DNA of 35,450 nucleotides, from the IMG/VR virus record IMGVR_UViG_3300025389_000018; one strand, 5' to 3'. Below, one piece after another: positions 27,063 to 35,047 of the stretch. The translations under genes and the position numbers were made by a program. Each line of letters opens with the position of its first letter. The stretch's first letter is position 1. The notes beneath the pieces were generated by a model. That model saw only the letters and a list, made by a program, of their open reading frames with translations, had not been told where the DNA came from and searched no databases. The DNA comes from a virus. Its lineage: Duplodnaviria > Heunggongvirae > Uroviricota > Caudoviricetes.

Positions 27063-27244
27063 GGTGCAATGAAAAAAGAAGGTACTTAACCAGAAAAGAA
27101 GCAAAAAAATCTAAACAATTTCAAGAAAAAAAGAGTGGATTGCATCTGTATTTGTATAAGTGTCCTGAGTGTAAGTTCTTACATCTAACTAAAAACAGAC
27201 TCGGAAACAAAGTTTGGAGTAATAGCCTTGATAATAGGATTTAA
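27059..27244 (+). CDS. Small basic Cys/His protein
   Basis: C..KRRY....A.......YKCPECKFLHLT. Confidence 0.6.
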   Translation: MRCNEKRRYLTRKEAKKSKQFQEKKSGLHLYLYKCPECKFLHLTKNRLGNKVWSNSLDNRI

Positions 27245-27767
27245 CGGTTATGCACGTTCTGGAAAAGACAGTGCTGCAAGGGTACTCATAGAAGACTACG
27301 GATTTAAACGGATAGCATTTGCCGATAAAATCAGAGCCGTTCTTTGGGATTTAAACCCACTTATTGACGAAGGATTCCCTCTGCAAGAAGCTGTCGAGAT
27401 GTATGGATGGGATGATGCAAAGGTTGCCTTTCCTGAGATACGCCGATTACTTCAAGAGTTAGGAGTAAGTGCGCGTGACTGTTTGCACCAAGATGTTTGG
27501 GTAAATGCTGCTCTCAAAGATATCGTTAAAGATGAGGATTATGTTGTAACTGACGTCAGGTTCGTCAACGAAGTTGCAGCATTGCGTAGCTTAAATGCAA
27601 AATTTGCTTTGATTCATAGGCCTGGAGTTACTGCCGTTAATTCCCATATCTCGGAATACGCATTAAAAGACTTTACTCCTGATTATGTTATAGACAACTC
27701 AGGAAGTTTAGAAGCCCTAAACTTAAAAGTAAAAGACTTTTTAAAGGAAATCCAGTATGCCAAGTAA
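27228..27767 (+). CDS. Deoxynucleoside monophosphate kinase
   Basis: IIGFNGYARSGKD, FADKIR, RRLLQELG, VVTDVRF.NE, HISE. Confidence 0.9.
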   Translation: MIIGFNGYARSGKDSAARVLIEDYGFKRIAFADKIRAVLWDLNPLIDEGFPLQEAVEMYGWDDAKVAFPEIRRLLQELGVSARDCLHQDVWVNAALKDIVKDEDYVVTDVRFVNEVAALRSLNAKFALIHRPGVTAVNSHISEYALKDFTPDYVIDNSGSLEALNLKVKDFLKEIQYAK

Positions 27768-28344
27768 ACTATTTGAGGGTAAACCAATTCCCTCCGATTC
27801 TGAAGTAGCGATTGGGATTGACCAATCTCTAACAGGATTTGCCCTAACAGTGGTGAATGTAAACGCCACTGAGGAATACATCACTTGGGTGTATAAATCT
27901 CCTTATTTCGGTATTGAGAGACTGTCCGATATTAGACAATGGTTGACGGATACTCTCTGCTACTCCGAAGAACATTGGCACATAAGTGACCTAGCTATGG
28001 AAGGCACAGTTCTTGCAAGCCAATCTGCCTTGGTTTTAGGGGAGTTGTCAGCTGTAGTCCAACTGGCAGTCTTTGATTTTTTCGAAGAAGATGACCCTAG
28101 AAAATTCATCTTAAAAGTTCCTCCTATGACGCTGAAGAAATACGCAGCAGGAAAAGGGAATGCTAAAAAGCAAGAAATGCTGCTGCAGATGTACAAGAGA
28201 TGGCATGTCGAGTTTAACGATGACAACGCTGCAGACTCATACGCCTTAGCCCGTCTTGCCTCTAAAACCCATGATGGAGCCATAGAAGAGGCTATTGTCA
28301 AACAAATGTCAGATAGCAAATATCGAGACCAACCACGAAAATAG
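27757..28344 (+). CDS. ruvC: RuvC-like Holliday junction resolvase
   Basis: IGIDQSLTGFA, AMEG, LKKYAAGKGNAKKQEM, DDNAADSY. Confidence 0.85.
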   Translation: MPSKLFEGKPIPSDSEVAIGIDQSLTGFALTVVNVNATEEYITWVYKSPYFGIERLSDIRQWLTDTLCYSEEHWHISDLAMEGTVLASQSALVLGELSAVVQLAVFDFFEEDDPRKFILKVPPMTLKKYAAGKGNAKKQEMLLQMYKRWHVEFNDDNAADSYALARLASKTHDGAIEEAIVKQMSDSKYRDQPRK

Positions 28345-28354
28345 CCTTACCCTT
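28338..28354 (+). promoter_or_regulatory. Candidate promoter motif copy 1 (AAAATAGCCTTACCCTT)
   Basis: 14/17 identical to 28688-28704; contains TACCCT -10-like hexamer. Confidence 0.45.
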
Positions 28355-28398
28355 TGGGGAGGAGCGGCATACCAATTCGAACCAAAGGACTAACAAAC

Positions 28399-28689
28399 GT
28401 GGAACAACCTGTACCAACCCCTGCACCAGAGCCATTTTTGCGTGTTAGCGCAAGTTCTAACCCTCAAAGCGTCGCCTCTGCAATAGCCCATGCCATCTAC
28501 GATAATGGAGAAGTTAAACTTCGTGCCGTAGGAGCTGGGGCAGTAAATCAAGCTGTAAAAGCCATGGCGATTGCCAGCGGATACGTTGCCCCTAGGGGAT
28601 TCCGCCTTTATTTCACGCCTGGATTTGCCACCATTAAATCACGGGATGGCGAAATCAGCGCCATTGTTTTTAGCATTAACAAGTTCTAA
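28399..28689 (+). CDS. spoVS: SpoVS-family (Alba-like) protein
   Basis: LRVSASSNPQSVASAIA...LRAVGAGAVNQAVKAMAIASGYVAPRG; GTG 28399 with AAGGA RBS. Confidence 0.88.
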   Translation: MEQPVPTPAPEPFLRVSASSNPQSVASAIAHAIYDNGEVKLRAVGAGAVNQAVKAMAIASGYVAPRGFRLYFTPGFATIKSRDGEISAIVFSINKF

Positions 28690-28704
28690 AACAGCCGTAT
28701 CCTT
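28688..28704 (+). promoter_or_regulatory. Candidate promoter motif copy 2 (AAAACAGCCGTATCCTT)
   Basis: 14/17 identical to copy 1; TATCCT -10-like; upstream of AAGGAG RBS and ATG 28729. Confidence 0.45.
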
Positions 28705-28728
28705 GTCTCTAGAGTTAAGGAGTTATTT

Positions 28729-29187
28729 ATGGCAACTTGGACATCCCTAGGTCACGCAATGCGTCGTCGCATGGGCGCGCCTTCATCCCATCTAGAAGCG
28801 ACAGGAAAAAGCATGAGCAAAGACCACATGACCCCAGAAGAAGTTCTCGCATCTGCAGAACATGCAGGTAGCCCACGCCGTTATGTCGGTATGGACCAAA
28901 CGAACTTTGATAACGTGAGCGGAACTCCAGTTGTTGGTACTCCAGTAGCGCGTAAGAACACGCAAGCTGGCGATGCAACGATTGCAGACAAAGCAAACCG
29001 TTCAAATGTCTCTGCAGGAGATGCAGCAGCTTCTGGACGTATGGGCGCACGTTATTCGATTTCAGTTTCTTTCCCAGAAGGAACAGAGCCAGCAGCAGGC
29101 CCAACAATGGCTAATGCACGCACAGTTCCATCTGTGATGGGAAAGCAAAGCCCTAATTTTGAAAGTGGAATGGGTTCTTCCTACTAA
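28729..29187 (+). CDS. Hypothetical low-complexity protein
   Basis: 152 aa Ala/Gly/Ser-rich; strong AAGGAG RBS. Confidence 0.75.
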   Translation: MATWTSLGHAMRRRMGAPSSHLEATGKSMSKDHMTPEEVLASAEHAGSPRRYVGMDQTNFDNVSGTPVVGTPVARKNTQAGDATIADKANRSNVSAGDAAASGRMGARYSISVSFPEGTEPAAGPTMANARTVPSVMGKQSPNFESGMGSSY

Positions 29188-29188
29188 A

Positions 29189-29464
29189 ATGGGTTACGGT
29201 TCTCTTTCTCTGAATCAGTTTGGTGGGGAGCAGTCTGACTTCTCCCCAACTACTGAGCACCCTAATTACGAAAAGCCACTGTCTTTAAGTAGTCAGACAC
29301 GCGGCAGTAATGCTGCAGGTGCTGTGTTCAAGAGTGAAGACATCGCAAACCGTCCAGGACACATTGCTGGTTACAACGCCCAAAACCGAGGAACAGCGTA
29401 CTCATGGGAGTCTGGTTCTCCAATTGAAGCACCTAAGTCAGATACAGGTGCAAACTTTCCATGA
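29189..29464 (+). CDS. Hypothetical protein
   Basis: Likely ATG 29189 just after the upstream stop; MGYGSLSLNQFGG... Confidence 0.65.
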   Translation: MGYGSLSLNQFGGEQSDFSPTTEHPNYEKPLSLSSQTRGSNAAGAVFKSEDIANRPGHIAGYNAQNRGTAYSWESGSPIEAPKSDTGANFP

Positions 29465-30183
29465 GAAACTTAGCGGATTTTGGTGTTGGAAAAAATGTTG
29501 CAGTTCCTTTAGCAGCGCAAGGTGCTGCTGAATATGCGAGGAGTCAAGGATTAGTTCGTCCTAATCGCTATGACAATGTATTAGTCAATTTGCCTCAAGC
29601 AAAACGAATTGCACAAGATTACGAAGAAGCACCTGAATTTGATAAGTCTGCTATTCCTCATTTTAGAGCAATGGCAGAAGAAACTAAACACCAATATGAT
29701 TACTTGACTCGTCCTAAGTCAAGAGGTGGATTAGGAGTTGACGTAACTGTCACTTCTACTGACCCTTATAAACGTGCAAGAGACATGATGGCTGATGCTA
29801 ACTCAGGTAAGTTCAGTGTTCTATCAACAGCACAAACAGGTGGACATCCATTCTTTACTAATGATGAGAACGATATGTTTCGCGCTGTTCACGATTTCTT
29901 TGGACATGCTGCTACTGGTCGGGGATTTGACCCTCACGGAGAAGAGGCAGCCTTTCGTAGTCACTACTCCATGTTTAGTCCACTGGCTCGTCCCGCTATG
30001 GCAACTGAGACTAGAGGACAAAACAGCGCATTAAATTTTGGCAGTAACCCTGGCGCTTTTGCTCCGCAGAAGATTGTTACGTTACCATCAGCCCAACTGA
30101 TTACACCAATAGGTCGTCGTTCTGCGTTTACTCAAGCAGCGCAACAAGCGAAGGTCGCACACGAAAGGGCGTTTGGAAAATGA
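29461..30183 (+). CDS. Protein with FRAVHDFFGH putative metal-binding motif
   Basis: NDMFRAVHDFFGH...GEEAAFRSH...TETRGQNS. Confidence 0.75.
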   Translation: MRNLADFGVGKNVAVPLAAQGAAEYARSQGLVRPNRYDNVLVNLPQAKRIAQDYEEAPEFDKSAIPHFRAMAEETKHQYDYLTRPKSRGGLGVDVTVTSTDPYKRARDMMADANSGKFSVLSTAQTGGHPFFTNDENDMFRAVHDFFGHAATGRGFDPHGEEAAFRSHYSMFSPLARPAMATETRGQNSALNFGSNPGAFAPQKIVTLPSAQLITPIGRRSAFTQAAQQAKVAHERAFGK

Positions 30184-30386
30184 GCAAAGCAATTTTAACT
30201 ACTGAGATGTCAAAAGTAGAGTTCCTTTTAGATTTGCCACAAGAAATGGTTTTAAAAGCAATAATTTCTGATGGAGACATTGTTAAATTAGTTGTAGAAA
30301 CAGAGTTAGACTTGCCTCAAAATGCACGTCTTGTTTACGACGCAGATGAGTATGGAAATATTGGTTTAGTAGGCATAGATGAGTAA
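30180..30386 (+). CDS. Hypothetical protein
   Basis: 68 aa acidic, ATGA-coupled. Confidence 0.6.
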   Translation: MSKAILTTEMSKVEFLLDLPQEMVLKAIISDGDIVKLVVETELDLPQNARLVYDADEYGNIGLVGIDE

Positions 30387-30984
30387 AGAAGTATTAAGCC
30401 ATGCAGCCTTTGCACACCTTGTAAATACTAATCAAGGTGCTAGTCGTACTTTTAGAGACAAGTCTAAAGTAACTGGTCCTGGAGTTATGGTTTCAGAGGC
30501 TGGTTCCGAAAAAACATCTACTCCTCCATTAACTCCTACGCAAGCAAAAAATTACTTTAATACTTATCTGCCGTCTGCTGATGAAAAAATCGCTCATGGA
30601 GGATGGAAAGAGAGCAACGTTATTTATCAAGATAAAAGCAAAAAGTACACAAATCTTAATGAGGCTCGTAATGCTGGAACCGATAATAAACAAATTGCTG
30701 GTTACGATTTAGGTGGAACAGACACCCGTCGTCCAGAAGGTGGCAATGTTTACTTTGGTCGTGACCTTCCAGGTGTTGAGTCTGACCCAGAGTTTAAGGG
30801 TAGTGCAAACGAAACCAGTGTTGCAGAACGGGTCAGTCCAAGAGCAAATCAGGCTGAAGCAGCAGAGACTCGCCATATCAGTCGTGGAGCAACACGTCGA
30901 AATAAAAATGGCGCACAAGTCCCTGTGACATACGGAGAAGTATTAGGTAAAATTGCGAAGAACCGTCGAAATAGAGGTGTCTAA
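30379..30984 (+). CDS. Hypothetical protein
   Basis: 201 aa; GGW...IYQD.S......A..AG..NKQIAGYDL motif; basic tail. Confidence 0.7.
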   Translation: MSKEVLSHAAFAHLVNTNQGASRTFRDKSKVTGPGVMVSEAGSEKTSTPPLTPTQAKNYFNTYLPSADEKIAHGGWKESNVIYQDKSKKYTNLNEARNAGTDNKQIAGYDLGGTDTRRPEGGNVYFGRDLPGVESDPEFKGSANETSVAERVSPRANQAEAAETRHISRGATRRNKNGAQVPVTYGEVLGKIAKNRRNRGV

Positions 30985-31367
30985 TGAAGACATGCACCTC
31001 TTGTAACCAAGAGTTGCCTCTTGATAAGTTCAAGCAACGGTCTGATTGTAAAACTAAGCATTCGATGTGTAATCGTTGCCTTTATGTAAAGTACACTCGA
31101 CCTTTAGTAGAGCAAAAGACTAAAGAAATCCACGATTATCAAATGGAAAAGGGATGTGCAGATTGTGGGTACAAAGGGCACCCTGCAGCATTAGAATTTG
31201 ACCATCTTCCTGGTACTGAGAAAAAGTTCAATATCGGGGAAGAAATCGGGAACCGCAGTCGTGAAACACTGTGGGAAGAGATAGCAAAGTGTGAAGTGGT
31301 TTGCGCCAATTGCCACAACATACGCACAGCAACCCGCCGTAACCGAGTAGAGATTGAGGTGATGTGA
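30984..31367 (+). CDS. HNH endonuclease with N-terminal zinc finger (probable free-standing homing endonuclease)
   Basis: KTCTSC...MCNRC; CADCG...LEFDHL...CEVVCANCHNIRT. Confidence 0.88.
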   Translation: MKTCTSCNQELPLDKFKQRSDCKTKHSMCNRCLYVKYTRPLVEQKTKEIHDYQMEKGCADCGYKGHPAALEFDHLPGTEKKFNIGEEIGNRSRETLWEEIAKCEVVCANCHNIRTATRRNRVEIEVM

Positions 31368-31901
31368 TGGCTGGAGCAGCCAATAATTTTTCAGCGTCAC
31401 AGAACTGGCAATCACTAGGTGGTAACGGATTTGCTGGATACAACAACCAAGGTGGCGCAGGAACCCCAGTAGCGCGGGACACTATGGACCAACTACGCAT
31501 CGGCGTAGGAAGAGTCCCTAGCGCGGAATATCCTTGACGGCTACCTCGGAACCATTCGGTCAAGGAGAGATGACCGCCTTCTCGATTCAATTAAGAATCG
31601 TGTAAACCAAAAAGCCTACCAACGTGGTGTACATAAGGGTGAGCGCATTGAGCCATCCATGTACTTCTGGCCTCAAGAGTTTAACGCAGATATGGGTATT
31701 GCCCGTCAAATGAAGGCCCAGCGTGTTCGCACAGAAGGTGTAACAACCTACATGTCTGAACGTAATGCGCCACAGGTTCAGTTGACTCCTGCTCCACACC
31801 TCGTTAACGACGGTAAGTCCAACATGATGGCAGAAGAGCCAGGTCAGATTAACCAACGTCGTCAAGCCATGCTTGCTTACCTAAAGCCCGCCTGGAGGTA
31901 A
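31367..31901 (+). pseudogene. Conserved-looking hypothetical gene split by a +1 frame junction at CCT-TGA-C (frameshift, mutation or sequence error)
   Basis: ATG 31367 opens 56 codons ending ...RVPSAEYP then TGA 31535-37; the +1 frame from 31536 (DGYLGTIRSRRDDRLL...) is open to TAA 31899-901. Confidence 0.7.
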
Positions 31902-31903
31902 CA

Positions 31904-32266
31904 ATGGCGCAAAAGTTTGATGGTAATTACGATTACACAAAGTCCTGGCGTGCTCCAGTAGTACCCGACCAAGTTGCAAAACGTTATTCTTATAACGGTC
32001 CATGGGCCTCCAATATGGAGCGTCTAACCTCTCAAGCACTGATGATTATGACTGTTCCAGGTGCGGATATCCAAGCAATGGTTCGTCCACCATTACCTCA
32101 GATTCGTTTGTTTCCAGACCGTTTCGGTTACGGAGACCGTGCTCAACCTGGTATCGAAGACATTGTGAGTGTTGACCGTAACTATGTTGAGCCTCGTGTT
32201 TCCTGGTATTCAGGAAGCCCTGCAGGATTTAGCGGTTCATCTAGAAATGATTTGGGGTCCAACTAA
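31904..32266 (+). CDS. Hypothetical protein
   Basis: 120 aa, GGAGG RBS, Pro/Arg-rich. Confidence 0.75.
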   Translation: MAQKFDGNYDYTKSWRAPVVPDQVAKRYSYNGPWASNMERLTSQALMIMTVPGADIQAMVRPPLPQIRLFPDRFGYGDRAQPGIEDIVSVDRNYVEPRVSWYSGSPAGFSGSSRNDLGSN

Positions 32267-32430
32267 TGATGAAAGCCCTAAAAGCAGTTCAGAGAAGCTA
32301 TGTTCGCGCCCCATATCGTGCGTTTATGTTGAGCCAAAAACAGCACTCAAACTTAAAGAATCCATCCGTTGTACCTAACCGTGCGATGACGATGCAACAC
32401 AACACAAAGGCGGCAGGCGATGTCAGGTAA
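32266..32430 (+). CDS. 54 aa basic hypothetical protein, absent from ORF track
   Basis: MMKALKAVQRSYVRAPYRAFMLSQKQHSNLKNPSVVPNRAMTMQHNTKAAGDVR; TAATG overlap and gap-filling. Confidence 0.55.
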   Translation: MMKALKAVQRSYVRAPYRAFMLSQKQHSNLKNPSVVPNRAMTMQHNTKAAGDVR

Positions 32431-32626
32431 CTATGGTGATGGAGCAGAGCCACTAGAGTGGCAAGCAAAGCAAATTGCCGAAAACGCTATGCGTTACAAC
32501 GGTTCTCACCCATGCCCAACTTGCGGTGTAGTAATGAACCCTATTGAATTTCTCAGCAATAACGGGCATTGTTTTAGCTGCGTAACGCAGATGAAAGTTG
32601 CACGAGTCAAAGGAAAGATGGCATGA
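32420..32626 (+). CDS. Small zinc-ribbon protein
   Basis: CPTCG...CFSC. Confidence 0.65.
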   Translation: MSGNYGDGAEPLEWQAKQIAENAMRYNGSHPCPTCGVVMNPIEFLSNNGHCFSCVTQMKVARVKGKMA

Positions 32627-32811
32627 GCGAGTTCAACCATATTGGCCACGAGTACGTGAAACGTAACTTTACCGAACGTCGTCAGGGTCATGATAAGCAC
32701 ACTGGAGGACAGCCTCCTAAAGGCGGTTCAACAGGAGGGCTTCGTGCTCCAGGAAAGCCACGAAACCCAAAACCTTATCTTCCAATGGCAAACAAGATTG
32801 AGAGGGCATGA
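32623..32811 (+). CDS. Hypothetical basic Gly/Pro-rich protein
   Basis: 62 aa, ATGA overlaps on both ends. Confidence 0.55.
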   Translation: MSEFNHIGHEYVKRNFTERRQGHDKHTGGQPPKGGSTGGLRAPGKPRNPKPYLPMANKIERA

Positions 32812-33692
32812 GTATGGCTGCTAAGAAATCTTATGACAAAGAATTGCAAGCAAAAGTAAAAGCAAAAAGAAAAGAAGAAATTGCGGACGATACTCCATTT
32901 ACTAAAGTAGATAAAGTAAATGCCCTAATTGCTGGTGAAGAAGACAAAGGACCTTCTGCAGCGCCTAAAGTTCAACTGCCAGGACCATTGGTAACTCCAG
33001 GGAAAAAGTTGCGCCAACAAGGTTTGCGTCCTGCAAAAACCTCCGAATTAAATCGAGGCGTAGTTGCTGCGTCTACAGGTATAAAGCCTGCTCGTCAAAC
33101 CAAAGTAGGAAAGACCACTAAGTCTGGTAAAAAGATTGACCCAACAACTGGAAAAGTACGTGTTCCTAGGCAAGGTGAAGCAGCAAATATTGACGGACAA
33201 GTAGTACGTGTTACTCCTGAAAACCAAGCAGAGGCAGCTAAAGCAGCTCGCACAACTGTCCTGCCGACTGTTATGCCAGAGCCAGAAAAAGTTCGTCCAG
33301 TCTTATCTGCTAGTACGCATGTTATGCAAGGATTTGCCACTTCTAATCCAGAAGACCACTCTCGTCTAGTAAACCAGACAGGTCAGGCATGGACACACTT
33401 AGGTCGTATGCAAAAGACGTTTGGAACGTCTGAGTTCCATACCCACCACCAGAACTTCAATGAAGTCCATGCTCACATCTCAGGATATGACAAGAGCCTA
33501 GGTGGGATTCTAAAAATTGCCCATAATGCTGTGATGAATCCTGAACATCCTGATTCTGCCAAAGCGTTTACGTTGGCAAAACAAGCATCAGGTGACAGAA
33601 TTAAGGCAGGTTTAGATGCTGCTGCTTATCGCAAGAAGAGCCAGCAGGCAGCCGATATCAAACGATTCGGCTCTACAAGGCAAGGAGAATAG
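32808..33692 (+). CDS. Hypothetical basic protein (disordered N-half, His-rich helical C-half)
   Basis: 294 aa, Lys/Pro-rich N-terminal region. Confidence 0.7.
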   Translation: MSMAAKKSYDKELQAKVKAKRKEEIADDTPFTKVDKVNALIAGEEDKGPSAAPKVQLPGPLVTPGKKLRQQGLRPAKTSELNRGVVAASTGIKPARQTKVGKTTKSGKKIDPTTGKVRVPRQGEAANIDGQVVRVTPENQAEAAKAARTTVLPTVMPEPEKVRPVLSASTHVMQGFATSNPEDHSRLVNQTGQAWTHLGRMQKTFGTSEFHTHHQNFNEVHAHISGYDKSLGGILKIAHNAVMNPEHPDSAKAFTLAKQASGDRIKAGLDAAAYRKKSQQAADIKRFGSTRQGE

Positions 33693-33693
33693 A

Positions 33694-33900
33694 GTGGCAG
33701 TTAACTCAACTCGCTCAATGAACGCATCACTCTCAGCAGGTGCTACAGACGGCAAGTATCGCAAGGCACGTCCTCATACAGAAGTCGTTCCTGGTCAAGG
33801 AAATGAGGAGACGATGGCTAATCGCCAGTCACTCAATCCATTCTGGGGTTATGGTTTTATTACTTCTGAATATCCAAACAAGGTTAATCCAGGTAAGTAA
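33694..33900 (+). CDS. Hypothetical protein
   Basis: GTG 33694 with AAGGAG RBS; MAVNSTRSMNASL... Confidence 0.7.
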   Translation: MAVNSTRSMNASLSAGATDGKYRKARPHTEVVPGQGNEETMANRQSLNPFWGYGFITSEYPNKVNPGK

Positions 33901-33902
33901 TC

Positions 33903-34121
33903 ATGGCTAATCCAGTTCCAGACCGTGCTAATGCCCGCACCAAGTACTACGTTACTAATGGTGAAGTAGGAACGGATAACACCCGTATTTATCGCCATGA
34001 TTTAAGCAGTAATCAAGGACGTTCAGCAATGAGACGTGCAATACGCAACCATCGTGATGCAACAGGAAAACATTCCTGGGCTGAAAATGAACAGGGAAAG
34101 AAGATAAATCCTTATGGCTAA
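33903..34121 (+). CDS. Hypothetical protein
   Basis: 72 aa, tightly packed. Confidence 0.6.
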   Translation: MANPVPDRANARTKYYVTNGEVGTDNTRIYRHDLSSNQGRSAMRRAIRNHRDATGKHSWAENEQGKKINPYG

Positions 34122-34455
34122 AGTTAAAAAGACTAATCGTGCAGGAGCAGGCGCCGAAATTCGTGGTCGCCGTCCTTTTGAAGCCTCAGCCCTTTCGGGA
34201 CATGAAGGTTCCTCTGGTACAGGACGAATGATTCCAGAAGATGCAGAGAATTATCGTAAAGCAGATGTTTCGTACACTGTTAAGTCCTACGACACTCCTA
34301 TCGCATGGCATGACCGTCGCACAGGAGAATGGGCAGTCCCAAATACTAAGCACTCCTCAACTACTTCACGCCATCAGAGCATCGTTCGAGGCGCTCTAGA
34401 CCACTTCACAGATGGACATGACAACGCTAAAGAGCAGGCACTCTGGAACTCTTAA
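34114..34455 (+). CDS. Hypothetical phage protein (Y.V.SY.TPIA...W....S.TTSRHQ family)
   Basis: 113 aa; motif recurrent in phage small proteins. Confidence 0.7.
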   Translation: MAKVKKTNRAGAGAEIRGRRPFEASALSGHEGSSGTGRMIPEDAENYRKADVSYTVKSYDTPIAWHDRRTGEWAVPNTKHSSTTSRHQSIVRGALDHFTDGHDNAKEQALWNS

Positions 34456-34457
34456 TC

Positions 34458-34466
34458 TGCTAAGAT
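34458..34466 (+). promoter_or_regulatory. Extended -10 promoter candidate TG-C-TAAGAT
   Basis: Intergenic, upstream of AAGGAG RBS and ATG 34493. Confidence 0.45.
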
Positions 34467-34492
34467 AATCGGACTACTACAAGGAGCACTAA

Positions 34493-35047
34493 ATGAGTAA
34501 TGTCCCCATTATTGGGCAAAAACAGGCTACCGCCAATGAACCCACCTTTAGGTTGTTATTTTGTCTTGTTTGTCAGACGTTGGAAGAATTGCCGCCTTTT
34601 GAAGGCGAGCCTGAACAAGACTTCTTACTCGCTATTGCTTGTGAACCCCACGTATTTCCATCAGGAGAGCCACACAAAGGTAAACTATTCTCATTGCCTT
34701 TGAAAGTTTGGGCGAAAACTGAGTCTAGAAAAGAAATTATCCGCCAAATTAAAGGTGGAGGTTCCGCTGGTCTTGCAGAGATTGATGATAGTTTCTACGA
34801 CTCTCGTTCTACCTTCATGGAAGATGCTATGGAGTGCTATCGTCGTCACAATAAGCCAAAAGAAGGTTGCTCTGATTGGCACTCAAAAGAACGTATGTTG
34901 ATTCCTAAAACAGTAAAAGAACGTAAAGCAGAAGGATTAGGCCGTTATCAAGATGAAGCGGGCCCCAAAACTTACTTGTGTGATTTTTGTCCAGTAGCAA
35001 TCGGAGTAGCACAACGAAAACAGAAACTAATGGGAGGATTACGATGA
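34493..35047 (+). CDS. Cys-rich hypothetical protein
   Basis: CLVC, C..H, C.RHNKPKEGC.DW, CDFCP. Confidence 0.75.
   Translation: MSNVPIIGQKQATANEPTFRLLFCLVCQTLEELPPFEGEPEQDFLLAIACEPHVFPSGEPHKGKLFSLPLKVWAKTESRKEIIRQIKGGGSAGLAEIDDSFYDSRSTFMEDAMECYRRHNKPKEGCSDWHSKERMLIPKTVKERKAEGLGRYQDEAGPKTYLCDFCPVAIGVAQRKQKLMGGLR

Noticed and set aside
28351-28390. tRNA-like element (TTCGA)
   Set aside because: No acceptor, D or anticodon arms can be built; no tRNA gene was recognised in the window
96-34882. Minus-strand and nested ORFs in the ORF track (e.g. 2161-2553, 6153-6635, 14520-15020, 19671-20213, 23175-23735)
   Set aside because: They are shadows of strong + strand genes, with no recognisable motifs or RBS
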